From positions 1 through 43,415 of the IMG/VR virus record IMGVR_UViG_3300037408_000289: a DNA stretch of 43,415 bases; one strand, 5' to 3'. This document shows, piece by piece, positions 23,751-32,663 of the stretch (within the stretch, counting starts at the first letter, position 1; each line of letters opens with the position of its first letter). The notes below the pieces were generated by a model. That model was not told the DNA's origin. It searched no databases and was given only the letters and a program-made list of their open reading frames with translations. This stretch comes from a virus (taxonomy: Duplodnaviria > Caudoviricetes). A program made the position numbers and the translations under genes.

Positions 23751-24804
23751 CCGGCTTTCAGAAGGCCGATATGTCCGGGAGTTCGAAGAGAAGTGGGCTG
23801 ATTTCTGCGGGGTTAAATACTGCGTCCTTACTAACTCCGGGACTTCCGCGCTTATCTGTGCTTTAGAGGTTCTGAAAGACTATACTTCCCAAAGGAAAGT
23901 ATTAACCACGCCCTTAACTTTTATCGCCACAGTCAACGCCATAGTCTTATCAGGTTACGAACCTGACTTCGCGGATGTGGAGCAAGATACTTTCGTAATC
24001 AAACCTCCGCTAAACACGGATATATTCCTGCCTGTCCATTTATACGGCTACCCGGTAGACATGGATGAATTTAACTATAAGTTTATGATAGAGGACGCCT
24101 GTGAGGCTCATGGTACTTTATACCACGGCAAGAAAGTCGGAAGCCTCGGGCTGATGGGGTGCTTTTCTTTTTATGTAGCTCACAATATTACTTGCGGTTC
24201 AGACCTGGGGGCGGTTACGACTAACAGCTTGGCGGTGTATAAAGAACTCAAGAAAGTCAAAGCCCACGGTAGGATGTGCGAGTGTCCGGTATGCGGCAGG
24301 AATGAAGGCAAATGCCCCCACAAAGACAAGGGATTTGACCCCAGGTTTACTTTTACTCGGATAGCTTATAACTTCAAGGCTACTGAAATCCAAGCCGCGC
24401 TCGCGATAAATCAGATAAATCACGCAGAAGAAATCTTAAAGAAACGTAACGATAATGTCAAGTACCTGAACGAAGGGCTTGCCGGGTGTAAAGAACTGCA
24501 ACTCCCTATCCACGATCCCACAATCAGCTATCTTAACTATCCGGTTATCCTCAATCCCAGCATAGACAGGAACGCGTTCCTCAACAGGCTTACCGGCGCA
24601 GGGGTAGAGAACCGGCCTTTGTTCGCTTGTGTCCCCACCCAACAACCGGCTTATGAATATCTAAACGAGAAGTGGCAGGGCAGACTGCCTAATGCGGAAT
24701 ATCTTGGCAGGCATGGATTTCACGGGCCAGTACACCAATATCTGACCAGGGAAGATTTAGATAAGATGATTGACGCGATCAAGAGGGTCATATGCGAGCA
24801 TTAA
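23665..24804 (+). CDS. DegT/DnrJ/EryC1/StrS-fold enzyme, His-type (E1/RfbH- or ColD-like NDP-4-keto-6-deoxyhexose 3-dehydratase)
   Basis: NSGTSAL, IEDACEAHG, SFYVAHNIT (His in the usual PLP-Lys position), Cys cluster GRMCECPVC.....KC, YNFK.TE.QAA. Confidence 0.85.
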   Translation: MEGYDMVRLGDFQSTPEDEEIVLKILRSNRLSEGRYVREFEEKWADFCGVKYCVLTNSGTSALICALEVLKDYTSQRKVLTTPLTFIATVNAIVLSGYEPDFADVEQDTFVIKPPLNTDIFLPVHLYGYPVDMDEFNYKFMIEDACEAHGTLYHGKKVGSLGLMGCFSFYVAHNITCGSDLGAVTTNSLAVYKELKKVKAHGRMCECPVCGRNEGKCPHKDKGFDPRFTFTRIAYNFKATEIQAALAINQINHAEEILKKRNDNVKYLNEGLAGCKELQLPIHDPTISYLNYPVILNPSIDRNAFLNRLTGAGVENRPLFACVPTQQPAYEYLNEKWQGRLPNAEYLGRHGFHGPVHQYLTREDLDKMIDAIKRVICEH

Positions 24805-25691
24805 TCACCGGGCTCTCCGGCATGGATGCTTATTACCTGACAAAGTTTCTAAAGTCGAAAGGGTACGAAGTCCACGGTACTTTACGCAGGACAGTAAACC
24901 AAAGGGTAGAGGATATTAAAAAACTTAGGGTTAAAATACACTGGGCTACGCTGGAGAATTACGCCAGCCTTTATAAAGTTATACAGGAAGTCAAACCCAA
25001 ACAAGTCTACCATTTAGCCGCGCAGTCGTTTGTCACTAACTCCTTTGAGGACGAGTTTTCTACCATGTCTACGAATATAAACGGAACTCATTATCTGCTT
25101 AATGCCTGCAAAGAGATAGTGCCTGACTGCCGGTTTTATTTTGCGGGAACCTCTGAGATGTTCGGAAACCACACGCATACCCAGAATGAAGAAACGCCCA
25201 TGTACCCGGTATCTCCTTATGGGATATCCAAGTTAGCCGGGTTCAACCTATGCAAATATTATCGGGATGCTTTCAGGATGTTCATAAGTACAGGGATATT
25301 GTTTAATCACGAGTCCCCGCGCAGGGGCAAGGAGTTTGTAACACAGAAAATCTGCCTCGCCGCAAAGAATAGGCAAAAAGTCAGATTGGGTAATATAAAT
25401 GTTAAAAGAGACTGGGGCTATGCCGGGGATTATGTTGAAGTCATGTGGGAGATGCTTACAAAAGACAAACCCGAGGATAGGGTAGTAGCTACAGGGGAAA
25501 CTCATTCAGTAAGGGAATTTGCCGAACTCGCGTATAGGTGTGTTGGGTTGGATTACGAAAAATATGTAGAAATAGACAAGAAGTTATTCCGGCCTAACGA
25601 ACTTTACTCATTAAGGGGAAAGTCTATTTTATATCCCGATTACAAACCCAAGACTACCTTTGAACAGTTAGTCAAGTTGATGATGAAATGA
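24792..25691 (+). CDS. gmd: GDP-mannose 4,6-dehydratase
   Basis: ALITG..G.D..YL, LAAQSFV..SF, TSEMFG, SPYGISK, GILFNHESPRRG.EFVT.KI, LGN...KRDWGYA.DYV. Confidence 0.93.
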   Translation: MRALITGLSGMDAYYLTKFLKSKGYEVHGTLRRTVNQRVEDIKKLRVKIHWATLENYASLYKVIQEVKPKQVYHLAAQSFVTNSFEDEFSTMSTNINGTHYLLNACKEIVPDCRFYFAGTSEMFGNHTHTQNEETPMYPVSPYGISKLAGFNLCKYYRDAFRMFISTGILFNHESPRRGKEFVTQKICLAAKNRQKVRLGNINVKRDWGYAGDYVEVMWEMLTKDKPEDRVVATGETHSVREFAELAYRCVGLDYEKYVEIDKKLFRPNELYSLRGKSILYPDYKPKTTFEQLVKLMMK

Positions 25692-26554
25692 TAAGCGTAT
25701 TACTTACCGATTACAGGGAACCTGAAATGACTAAGAAGTGCATTGAGACATTAAAAGATGCCTCCTTCAAGGACATAGAAATCCTCGCCCGGAGCAATAA
25801 AGACAATAACATCGGTCTCGCCGCCTCCAGCAATATCTTAGCCAAACAAGCCAAAGGGGAGTATCTTTTCTTCTTGAATAACGACACTATGGTGGCGGGG
25901 AATATATTTGAAGAGCTGTTAAAATCCCCTCATGATATTACCGGATGTCGAATGTTTGACTATACCGGGAGCAAAGAGTTAAGTTCTTGTGTTTCGCTGG
26001 ACAGGTTCGGTTGCCCCGCTGCCGAGACCGGCCCCATGTTCTATCCCGACGGAGCGATATTCATAAAGCGGAAGGTGTTTGAGGAGATAGGAGGTTTTGA
26101 TGAGAAGCTGTTTCTCTATGGTGAAGACCGTGATCTCTGCTGGCGTACTTTGCTTGCGGGCTATTCTGTTGGTTATATGCCTGATGCCGTGTTTTTTCAT
26201 AATTCTCATTCTGTATCTTGTAGCAATTATTTTCAGAGATACCACGCTGAAAAGAATATTATCAGGAGTATGATAAAAAACTTTTCCACCAGGAGCCTTC
26301 TCATCAGATTGCCGCAATACCTCTTCTGGTCTATTCTCGAACTCGGCTATGTGTTCTGCAAAAATCCTAAGATAATCTTCAAATCTTATCTTCCGGCTTA
26401 CTGGTGGAATATAATAAACCTTAAAGACACCTTGAGATTAAGAAGAAAAGTCATCAGGAGGATTCCGGACAGCGAGCTTCCATTTTCAAAAGTAATCGGG
26501 AAACTTTATGTGTTAAGGACTCAGGGCATACCAAAGTGGAGGAATAGGGCGTGA
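25688..26554 (+). CDS. Glycosyltransferase family 2 (WbbL/RfbF-like)
   Basis: N.G.A...N, FFLNND, GGFDE..FLYGED.DLCWR. Confidence 0.9.
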   Translation: MISVLLTDYREPEMTKKCIETLKDASFKDIEILARSNKDNNIGLAASSNILAKQAKGEYLFFLNNDTMVAGNIFEELLKSPHDITGCRMFDYTGSKELSSCVSLDRFGCPAAETGPMFYPDGAIFIKRKVFEEIGGFDEKLFLYGEDRDLCWRTLLAGYSVGYMPDAVFFHNSHSVSCSNYFQRYHAEKNIIRSMIKNFSTRSLLIRLPQYLFWSILELGYVFCKNPKIIFKSYLPAYWWNIINLKDTLRLRRKVIRRIPDSELPFSKVIGKLYVLRTQGIPKWRNRA

Positions 26555-26964
26555 AAAACATAGTCAACTCAAAGTTCGGCGAGAGCCCCGTGATTTGGGA
26601 TTTCGTAAATATCTACAACTCCGAATTTGGGGATAATGTCAGCATAGGCGCGTTTTCCGAGATAGGCGGCTCGAAGATAGGCAACAATGTCAGGTTCCAG
26701 GCGCACAGTTTTGTCCCGCCGGGTTATACAATAGAGGACAATGTTTTCTGGGGGCCGGGGGCAAGAGGGGCTAACGACCCCAAGTTGGACGGGAAACTAA
26801 TCGGAAGCACCATTAAAGAAGGCGCGAAGATAGGCATGGGCGCTTTGATTATGGGGGGTATTACCATCGGTAGGAATGTTAAAATCGGTATGGGGTGTAT
26901 CGTAATCCACGATGTGCCGGACAACGCGACCGTGGTTGGAAATCCCGCGAGGCAGATATGCTAG
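26551..26964 (+). CDS. Hexapeptide-repeat (left-handed beta-helix) sugar acyltransferase
   Basis: Repeated [IV]G.N/D[VT] hexapeptides; C-terminal DVPDNATVVGNPAR. Confidence 0.9.
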   Translation: MKNIVNSKFGESPVIWDFVNIYNSEFGDNVSIGAFSEIGGSKIGNNVRFQAHSFVPPGYTIEDNVFWGPGARGANDPKLDGKLIGSTIKEGAKIGMGALIMGGITIGRNVKIGMGCIVIHDVPDNATVVGNPARQIC

Positions 26965-27740
26965 TCTCTGTGGTTGTCTTGACCCGCAACTCCGCAGAGT
27001 TTCTTCGGGACTGCCTTGCCAGTATCCAATGGTGCAGGGAGTTCTACCCCGATATTGAGGTGATTGTGGTAGATAACTTTTCTACTGACGACACCGTAGA
27101 CATAGCGTATGATTTTACGGATCAGGTCTATCAAGTAGGCCCGGAGAGAGTAACCCAAGCTAACTATGGGGTTAAGATGGCCAAAGGGGAACTGATTTAT
27201 TTAACTGGTTCGGATATGACCAGAGATTATTTGTTTATTCAAGAAGCGGTTGAGAAAATCAACGAGGGTTTTGACGCGATTTATATGTCAGTAAAGACTT
27301 CGCCGAGAGTCAAGCATTTCTGGGGCAGGGTCAAAGCATTGGAGAGGGAATGTTACATCGGGACTTTCATAGAGTCAGCAAGGTTTTTCAAGAAATCAGC
27401 ATGGGAAGAGTTCGACGGATTTAACGAAAAGATGATAGGTCTGGAAGAGGACTTCCAGCACCGCCTGGATTACTCAGGTTATAAAACAGGCAGGATTAAC
27501 GCAAGAGAATACCATCTTCATGAGGATGATACCCTTTGGAAGATATTTAAGAAAGGTTTCTATTATGGGAAGTTTATGCGAAAATATCTTACGGCTCACA
27601 AACAGAGAGCTTGGAAACAACTCAACCCTATACGCCCGAACTTCAGTAAGTTTCTTAGGCACCCAGGATTATTAGCGGGGTTGGTTGTGTATAAATTGGC
27701 GCAGTATGCCGGAGGGGGGTTAGGATTACTATGGAACTAA
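26958..27740 (+). CDS. Glycosyltransferase family 2
   Basis: VSVVV.T.N....CL.SI, EVIVVDNFSTDDT, GF.E....EED. Start refined to ATG 26958. Confidence 0.9.
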   Translation: MLVSVVVLTRNSAEFLRDCLASIQWCREFYPDIEVIVVDNFSTDDTVDIAYDFTDQVYQVGPERVTQANYGVKMAKGELIYLTGSDMTRDYLFIQEAVEKINEGFDAIYMSVKTSPRVKHFWGRVKALERECYIGTFIESARFFKKSAWEEFDGFNEKMIGLEEDFQHRLDYSGYKTGRINAREYHLHEDDTLWKIFKKGFYYGKFMRKYLTAHKQRAWKQLNPIRPNFSKFLRHPGLLAGLVVYKLAQYAGGGLGLLWN

Positions 27741-28645
27741 AAGGCAAGACACTTATGGTCACAGGTTCAGGGGGGTTTGTAGGCAGCCAGTTAATCAAGC
27801 AACTGGAAAGAGAAGACCCCAAAGAGATATTAAAATTTGATTTGACTACCGGACAGAACCTTACTGAGTACCGGGAACTGGAAGTATTTTTCAAAGACCA
27901 CAAGGTGGATATAGTCTATGATATGGCGACCATCGCTCTTCCAGCTTCGCTTACTCATCCCTACAAGGTGGTTAATGACTGCTGTAAAATGATTCTAAAC
28001 CTTTGCGAATTGCAGAGGCTGGGGGCGTTCAGCAGACTTGTTCATATGAGCTCGTCAGAGGCCTATGGTACAGCCTCGGTCAACGCCATGGATGAGAACC
28101 ATTCTCTTCGCCCGCGCACTCCTTATGCCGCAGGTAAAGCAGCGGGAGACTTAATCTGTATGTCGTATGTCTACACTTTCAAGAACGATATCATTATCCC
28201 ACGAAGTTATAATGTCTATGGGCCTTACCAACCGCTTCATTGGGGGGCGGTAATCCCTAAGACTATTTGGAACATACTCAACGGTGGGAAGCCGGTAATC
28301 TATAAAGACGGCACCCAGACCAGAGATTTTGTCTATATTGAGGATTCGGTCAAGGCGGTAATTCTAATCTCCAAGCTCAACCAATCAGGGATAGTGGTAA
28401 ATATCGGCACGGGGATAGAGACCCCTATAAATAAATTAGTTACTGATATTGTGACCTTAATGAATTACGAAGGCGAGATTGACTACCAGGAACAGAGGGC
28501 GGCGGATGTGTCAAGGCATTGCGCCAACGCAAATGAACTCTTCAGGCTCACGGGTTATAGGGCAGAGACTAAACTGGCTGACGGGTTAAGGAAGACTATT
28601 GAGTATTATATTAAGTTACATTCTAATCAGACTATTCGTTCCTAA
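27731..28645 (+). CDS. NAD-dependent nucleotide-sugar epimerase/dehydratase/reductase (extended SDR)
   Basis: TGSGGFVG, SSSEAYG, YAAGK, NVYGP, RDFVYIED. Confidence 0.92.
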   Translation: MELKGKTLMVTGSGGFVGSQLIKQLEREDPKEILKFDLTTGQNLTEYRELEVFFKDHKVDIVYDMATIALPASLTHPYKVVNDCCKMILNLCELQRLGAFSRLVHMSSSEAYGTASVNAMDENHSLRPRTPYAAGKAAGDLICMSYVYTFKNDIIIPRSYNVYGPYQPLHWGAVIPKTIWNILNGGKPVIYKDGTQTRDFVYIEDSVKAVILISKLNQSGIVVNIGTGIETPINKLVTDIVTLMNYEGEIDYQEQRAADVSRHCANANELFRLTGYRAETKLADGLRKTIEYYIKLHSNQTIRS

Positions 28646-29918
28646 AAGATACACTCTTGAGGGTGATGAACTCAGGCATTTAGCTACAGCTAAAAACTTC
28701 TACAAGTTATGGAACAGGTCGTTTTATGATATGCACCCGCCGTTTTATTCTTGGCTGGTAAGGTTATTCAAGTCGGGAGTGGTGGTTTCCTTTCTCTGTA
28801 GTGTCGGGTTATTTCTAATTTCCGCAAAACTTTATGATGTCTTAGGCTTGAACCCTTCGCAGAAAAACTTAGCCTTAATCTTTTTGACTTTCAACTACAC
28901 GCTTATTTACTATTCAAACCGCACCTTCAGATACCAACTAATCGCCTTATTAGGGACTGGCCTGATTTATGCCTTAATAATTGGCAAGTATTTTGTCGCT
29001 GGTTTGTTATGGGGGCTGTTAGGCTTAACCTGTACGTTCGCAGGGCTTAGGGGATTTTTTATCTGGGGAGCAGTAGGATTTAACTGGATTTCTGTCATTA
29101 CTTTTGTCATAATCTACAGCTCCTGGTTCATCAGCAAAGCGCAAGTCTACAGAAAGCACGAATACTATCCTTCTGGAGTAGAAGGGATGATGGAACAAGT
29201 CAACCATTTTACTCTCAAGCAACTATTCAGCCCGCTATACTTTGACTGGTCTTATGATTACTATGGGAAAGGGGAGTTAGGATATACGCTCAGAGGTTGG
29301 CTCAAGCGGATTGGCGGGGTTTGGGGATTATATCCGCCATTGACGATACTCGTTCCGGTGGCGATATTCTTCACGGTCAAAGGGGCGTTAGGTACCCCGA
29401 CCCTGGGGATTTTGACGCTATGCTTGTTATACCCCTCTCTTTTAAAACGCTTCCTGCCAAGAAACTCCATTGTAGCTATCCCCCTGATTGGCTATTTTCT
29501 GGCAAAAGGACTTCCCCAAATGTCTGTAGTATGGCCTTATTTTGCGTTTTTAATAGGTCTGTGCGTGTTTTTATGCTTTAATCGAGTATTTCTACTCACT
29601 AGGCCTAAAATACGCTGTCGGAGGCTTGCTGCGTATATTCAAACTCTACCTCGGGACGGTTTCATCGTTGACGGGATGTTCTGCCAACCTTTAGCTTACT
29701 TGACCGATAAGCGGATAGTGGTCATCCCGCGCGACCCGGATCCGGACAAAGCATGTTACCAGACTGCGGTTGCCATAAAGGAATTTGATTTGAGCTATGC
29801 GGTAATCAGCGATAAATACCATTACCCGGCAATGGATTATATCAGGGATTTCAAGAAGATAGGGATCGTAGAGGAGGACGATGAAACTTTTACAATCTTT
29901 GAGACCAAGTTATCTTAG
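28599..29918 (+). CDS. GT-C fold polytopic glycosyltransferase (ArnT/PMT-like)
   Basis: About 10 TM helices, GDE acidic motif after the first TM, HPPFY motif, soluble C-terminal domain. Confidence 0.7.
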   Translation: MSIILSYILIRLFVPKRYTLEGDELRHLATAKNFYKLWNRSFYDMHPPFYSWLVRLFKSGVVVSFLCSVGLFLISAKLYDVLGLNPSQKNLALIFLTFNYTLIYYSNRTFRYQLIALLGTGLIYALIIGKYFVAGLLWGLLGLTCTFAGLRGFFIWGAVGFNWISVITFVIIYSSWFISKAQVYRKHEYYPSGVEGMMEQVNHFTLKQLFSPLYFDWSYDYYGKGELGYTLRGWLKRIGGVWGLYPPLTILVPVAIFFTVKGALGTPTLGILTLCLLYPSLLKRFLPRNSIVAIPLIGYFLAKGLPQMSVVWPYFAFLIGLCVFLCFNRVFLLTRPKIRCRRLAAYIQTLPRDGFIVDGMFCQPLAYLTDKRIVVIPRDPDPDKACYQTAVAIKEFDLSYAVISDKYHYPAMDYIRDFKKIGIVEEDDETFTIFETKLS

Positions 29919-30852
29919 AGGCGTGTGGTCTTATGCGAGGATAGTGCCAAGTTTATGGCTTTCTTCTTTTAATCCATTTCCCAGAAGGGCGAACGCCTTA
30001 GTATTCATTACTAATCGGTGCAACTCAAAATGCCTCCAATGCGACCATTGGAAACAGCCAACCACAGACCTGCCAGCCCGTATCATCCAACAATTACTTG
30101 AGTCCAAGACTATCGGCAACAAGTCGTGGCTAGTAGAAGGGGGAGAGGTTTTCTTTCATCCTGAGATAGATGAAATCCTGAAGTTATTAAAACAGTATAG
30201 AGCTAACTATACCCTGTTCACCAACGGCACTCTTCCAAATAAAGTAGAGAAGGCGGTAACTGATTTTAAGATTAAGTCGGTCAATGTTTCTTTAGACGGC
30301 CCGAAAGAGACCTATGCAAGGATCAGGGGTTTTGACGGGTATGACCGAGTCATCAAGACTATCGATGCCATTAAAGACAAAACTTCTTTACAGGTCAACT
30401 TCACTATCAGCCCCTGGAATACTTACGAAGATTATGAATATGTCAAGAGGCTTTGCGCAGAGAAGAAGGTAGCGTTAAACCTGAATATCTATTCACAGGG
30501 AGCGAATGACGGTGTGCTGGGTACGGATAAAGAGATTGACTCTAGATATGAAAAGATAGATTTTCCTTACATCCGTTATTATAATCAATGGGTCAGGGGG
30601 CTGAAAGTCCCTTGTTACAGCGTTTTATTTACGGCGTGTATTTTTCCGACGGGAGATGTCAATTTATGCGTGTCTAAGTTCAGGTCTTTAGGCAACCTGC
30701 ATGAAAAGACCATAGACGAGATATGGAACAGTGGCCACACATTATATCTGCACGAGACTCACCGCAGATGTAACCAATGCTGGGTAGCGTGCTTCAAGGC
30801 GTTTGATGTTAAGCTGGCTTTGTTAAAAGGGTTAAAAAAGGAGGTAATATGA
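29881..30852 (+). CDS. Radical SAM enzyme with a SPASM/twitch domain
   Basis: TNRCNSKCLQC (CxxxCxxC), GGE, TNG, VSLDG....RIRG; C-terminal C...GDV.LC...GNL...CNQC...C. Confidence 0.92.
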   Translation: MKLLQSLRPSYLRGVWSYARIVPSLWLSSFNPFPRRANALVFITNRCNSKCLQCDHWKQPTTDLPARIIQQLLESKTIGNKSWLVEGGEVFFHPEIDEILKLLKQYRANYTLFTNGTLPNKVEKAVTDFKIKSVNVSLDGPKETYARIRGFDGYDRVIKTIDAIKDKTSLQVNFTISPWNTYEDYEYVKRLCAEKKVALNLNIYSQGANDGVLGTDKEIDSRYEKIDFPYIRYYNQWVRGLKVPCYSVLFTACIFPTGDVNLCVSKFRSLGNLHEKTIDEIWNSGHTLYLHETHRRCNQCWVACFKAFDVKLALLKGLKKEVI

Positions 30853-31058
30853 AGAAAATATTGTTTGGGTTAGTGTTTATCTTAGCGGCAAATTTGGCCT
30901 ATGCAGAAGCTCATCCTATGCGATCAATGTGGTTGACTTGGTTGCAGACTGAGGAAGGTCAGCTTTATGACGCGGCGTTAATCGGGATTATTAGGGATTT
31001 GTGTGATACCGTAGATACTTTAGAAAAAAAGGTTAATAGACTGGAGGCAGAAAGATGA
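30849..31058 (+). CDS. Small exported protein (Sec signal peptide) with a C-terminal coiled coil
   Basis: MKKILFGLVFILAANLAYA cleavage pattern, GGAGGT RBS. Confidence 0.65.
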   Translation: MKKILFGLVFILAANLAYAEAHPMRSMWLTWLQTEEGQLYDAALIGIIRDLCDTVDTLEKKVNRLEAER

Positions 31059-32476
31059 GATTTTTGTTGCTATCACCCTGGAAAATTGGCGTGAGTTATT
31101 TTATTGAGTCGCCGCCCGTCGGATTAGGCTATCTGGCCACCGCACTGCGCAAACTCGGGCAAGAGGTGGACATCAAAGATTGCATCATCGAGAAATGGGA
31201 CAACCCGAGGACGATAGAATACATCAAGGAATACAACCCAGACATAGTGGGGATAAACCTATTCTCCAGCGCATTGCGGACGGTAAAAGAGCTTACAGTG
31301 ATGATTAAACAACTCCCCTGCCCGCCCATGGTAATCTTAGGTGGCCCTCATTGTTCGGGAGTGCCGGAGGATGTCCTGCCTTATTTTACCGATGTGGATT
31401 ATGCCTTTCAAGGCGAGTGCGAGATAGCAATAGGCGAGTTTATAGAAATGTTGAACAGGAAGAGGTCGAAACCCGAGGTTACTGGTATGATTTGGAGGGC
31501 CGGAGAGAAGATAATCATAAACCCCTATCTGCAATATGATAAAATAGAGGAGTTTGGTTTCCCGGCTTGGGATTTAATAGACCCCAGAAAGTATTACTCT
31601 CAAGTTACTATCGGCCCCAACTGTATCAATTTGCACATGAGTAGAGGTTGTCCTTTTTCCTGTCGGTTCTGTGTCAAGCTCGGCACTAAAGTCAGGATGA
31701 GGTCTTTAGAGCATGTCTGGAGTGAGATGGAATATTTGAATAAGGAGTTCGGGGTAAACCGTTTCATTATAAACGATGAAGGCTACACCATGACTCCTAA
31801 GTATGTCAAGGATTTCTGCCGCATGACTATCTCACGGGGAAATAAATACCAGTTTTTTACCGCGACAGGTATGCGCCTCAACCGGATAGACGATGAGATG
31901 TTGCAATTAATGAAAGAGGCGAGGCACGACTTATACTTTGGCGTGGGTATTGAGTCAGCGGTTCCCAGGGTAAGAGAGGGGCTGATGAACAAGCGCCTGC
32001 CGCAAGAGGATATTATGCGGGGGCTAGAGATATTTAAACGTAATGGCTTCAAGCCCACGGGTAACTTTATAATCGGCTTCCCAAATGAAAAGAAGTCAGA
32101 GATGATAGAGTCCATTAACTTTGCCTGTAAGATGATAGACAAAGGTTATTTACACGGGGCGAACATAGTACCCTGGCTTCCCTTACCCGGCTCAGAGGCT
32201 ACCAGAGAGTGCCAGCGTACTGGGGAAATCCCCAAAGACTTTGACTTTACCCAAATCAGCCTGTCAGTAGTTTGCCATGCCCCTGAGGGGATGACTATAA
32301 AAGAACTTGATGACTTAAGGCAATGGGGGGTGTGGAAAGTCAACTCAAGGCCGAAGTTAATCTTTTACTATTTTTCTGACTGGCGAAGATTTAAGATGGC
32401 AGTGGTGATATTCTTAAGGTTATTCGTGCCTAATTTCTTATTGCCCGCTAAATGGAAGAGGATAAAAAATGTCTAA
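31055..32476 (+). CDS. Cobalamin-binding radical SAM enzyme (class B methyltransferase-like)
   Basis: PPVGLGYLA, PDIVGI, GGPH; SRGCPFSCRFC; GIES; FIIGFP.E. Confidence 0.92.
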   Translation: MRFLLLSPWKIGVSYFIESPPVGLGYLATALRKLGQEVDIKDCIIEKWDNPRTIEYIKEYNPDIVGINLFSSALRTVKELTVMIKQLPCPPMVILGGPHCSGVPEDVLPYFTDVDYAFQGECEIAIGEFIEMLNRKRSKPEVTGMIWRAGEKIIINPYLQYDKIEEFGFPAWDLIDPRKYYSQVTIGPNCINLHMSRGCPFSCRFCVKLGTKVRMRSLEHVWSEMEYLNKEFGVNRFIINDEGYTMTPKYVKDFCRMTISRGNKYQFFTATGMRLNRIDDEMLQLMKEARHDLYFGVGIESAVPRVREGLMNKRLPQEDIMRGLEIFKRNGFKPTGNFIIGFPNEKKSEMIESINFACKMIDKGYLHGANIVPWLPLPGSEATRECQRTGEIPKDFDFTQISLSVVCHAPEGMTIKELDDLRQWGVWKVNSRPKLIFYYFSDWRRFKMAVVIFLRLFVPNFLLPAKWKRIKNV

Positions 32477-32660
32477 TAACATAATGTCAATAAAGTGTGT
32501 TGGATGCGGAGAGTCTGTTATATTTGCTAAGATGTTTGGTGGAGCTTGGTCGCAAAGAATTGCTATTGAAGACATAAATCGTTTTTTTGATGAGCATTTA
32601 GTATGTCGAGATAGGGAAAAAAATGGAGAACACGATTTTTCTTTGGAGTATGAGGTATAA
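32469..32660 (+). CDS. Small Cys-containing hypothetical protein (AT-rich insert)
   Basis: CVGC...H..C; flanked by near-identical RBS/start repeats. Confidence 0.55.
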   Translation: MSNNIMSIKCVGCGESVIFAKMFGGAWSQRIAIEDINRFFDEHLVCRDREKNGEHDFSLEYEV

Positions 32661-32663
32661 AAA

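Noticed and set aside
23665-24804. Perosamine synthase or another sugar aminotransferase
   Set aside because: The catalytic Lys position holds His and an E1-like Cys cluster is present.
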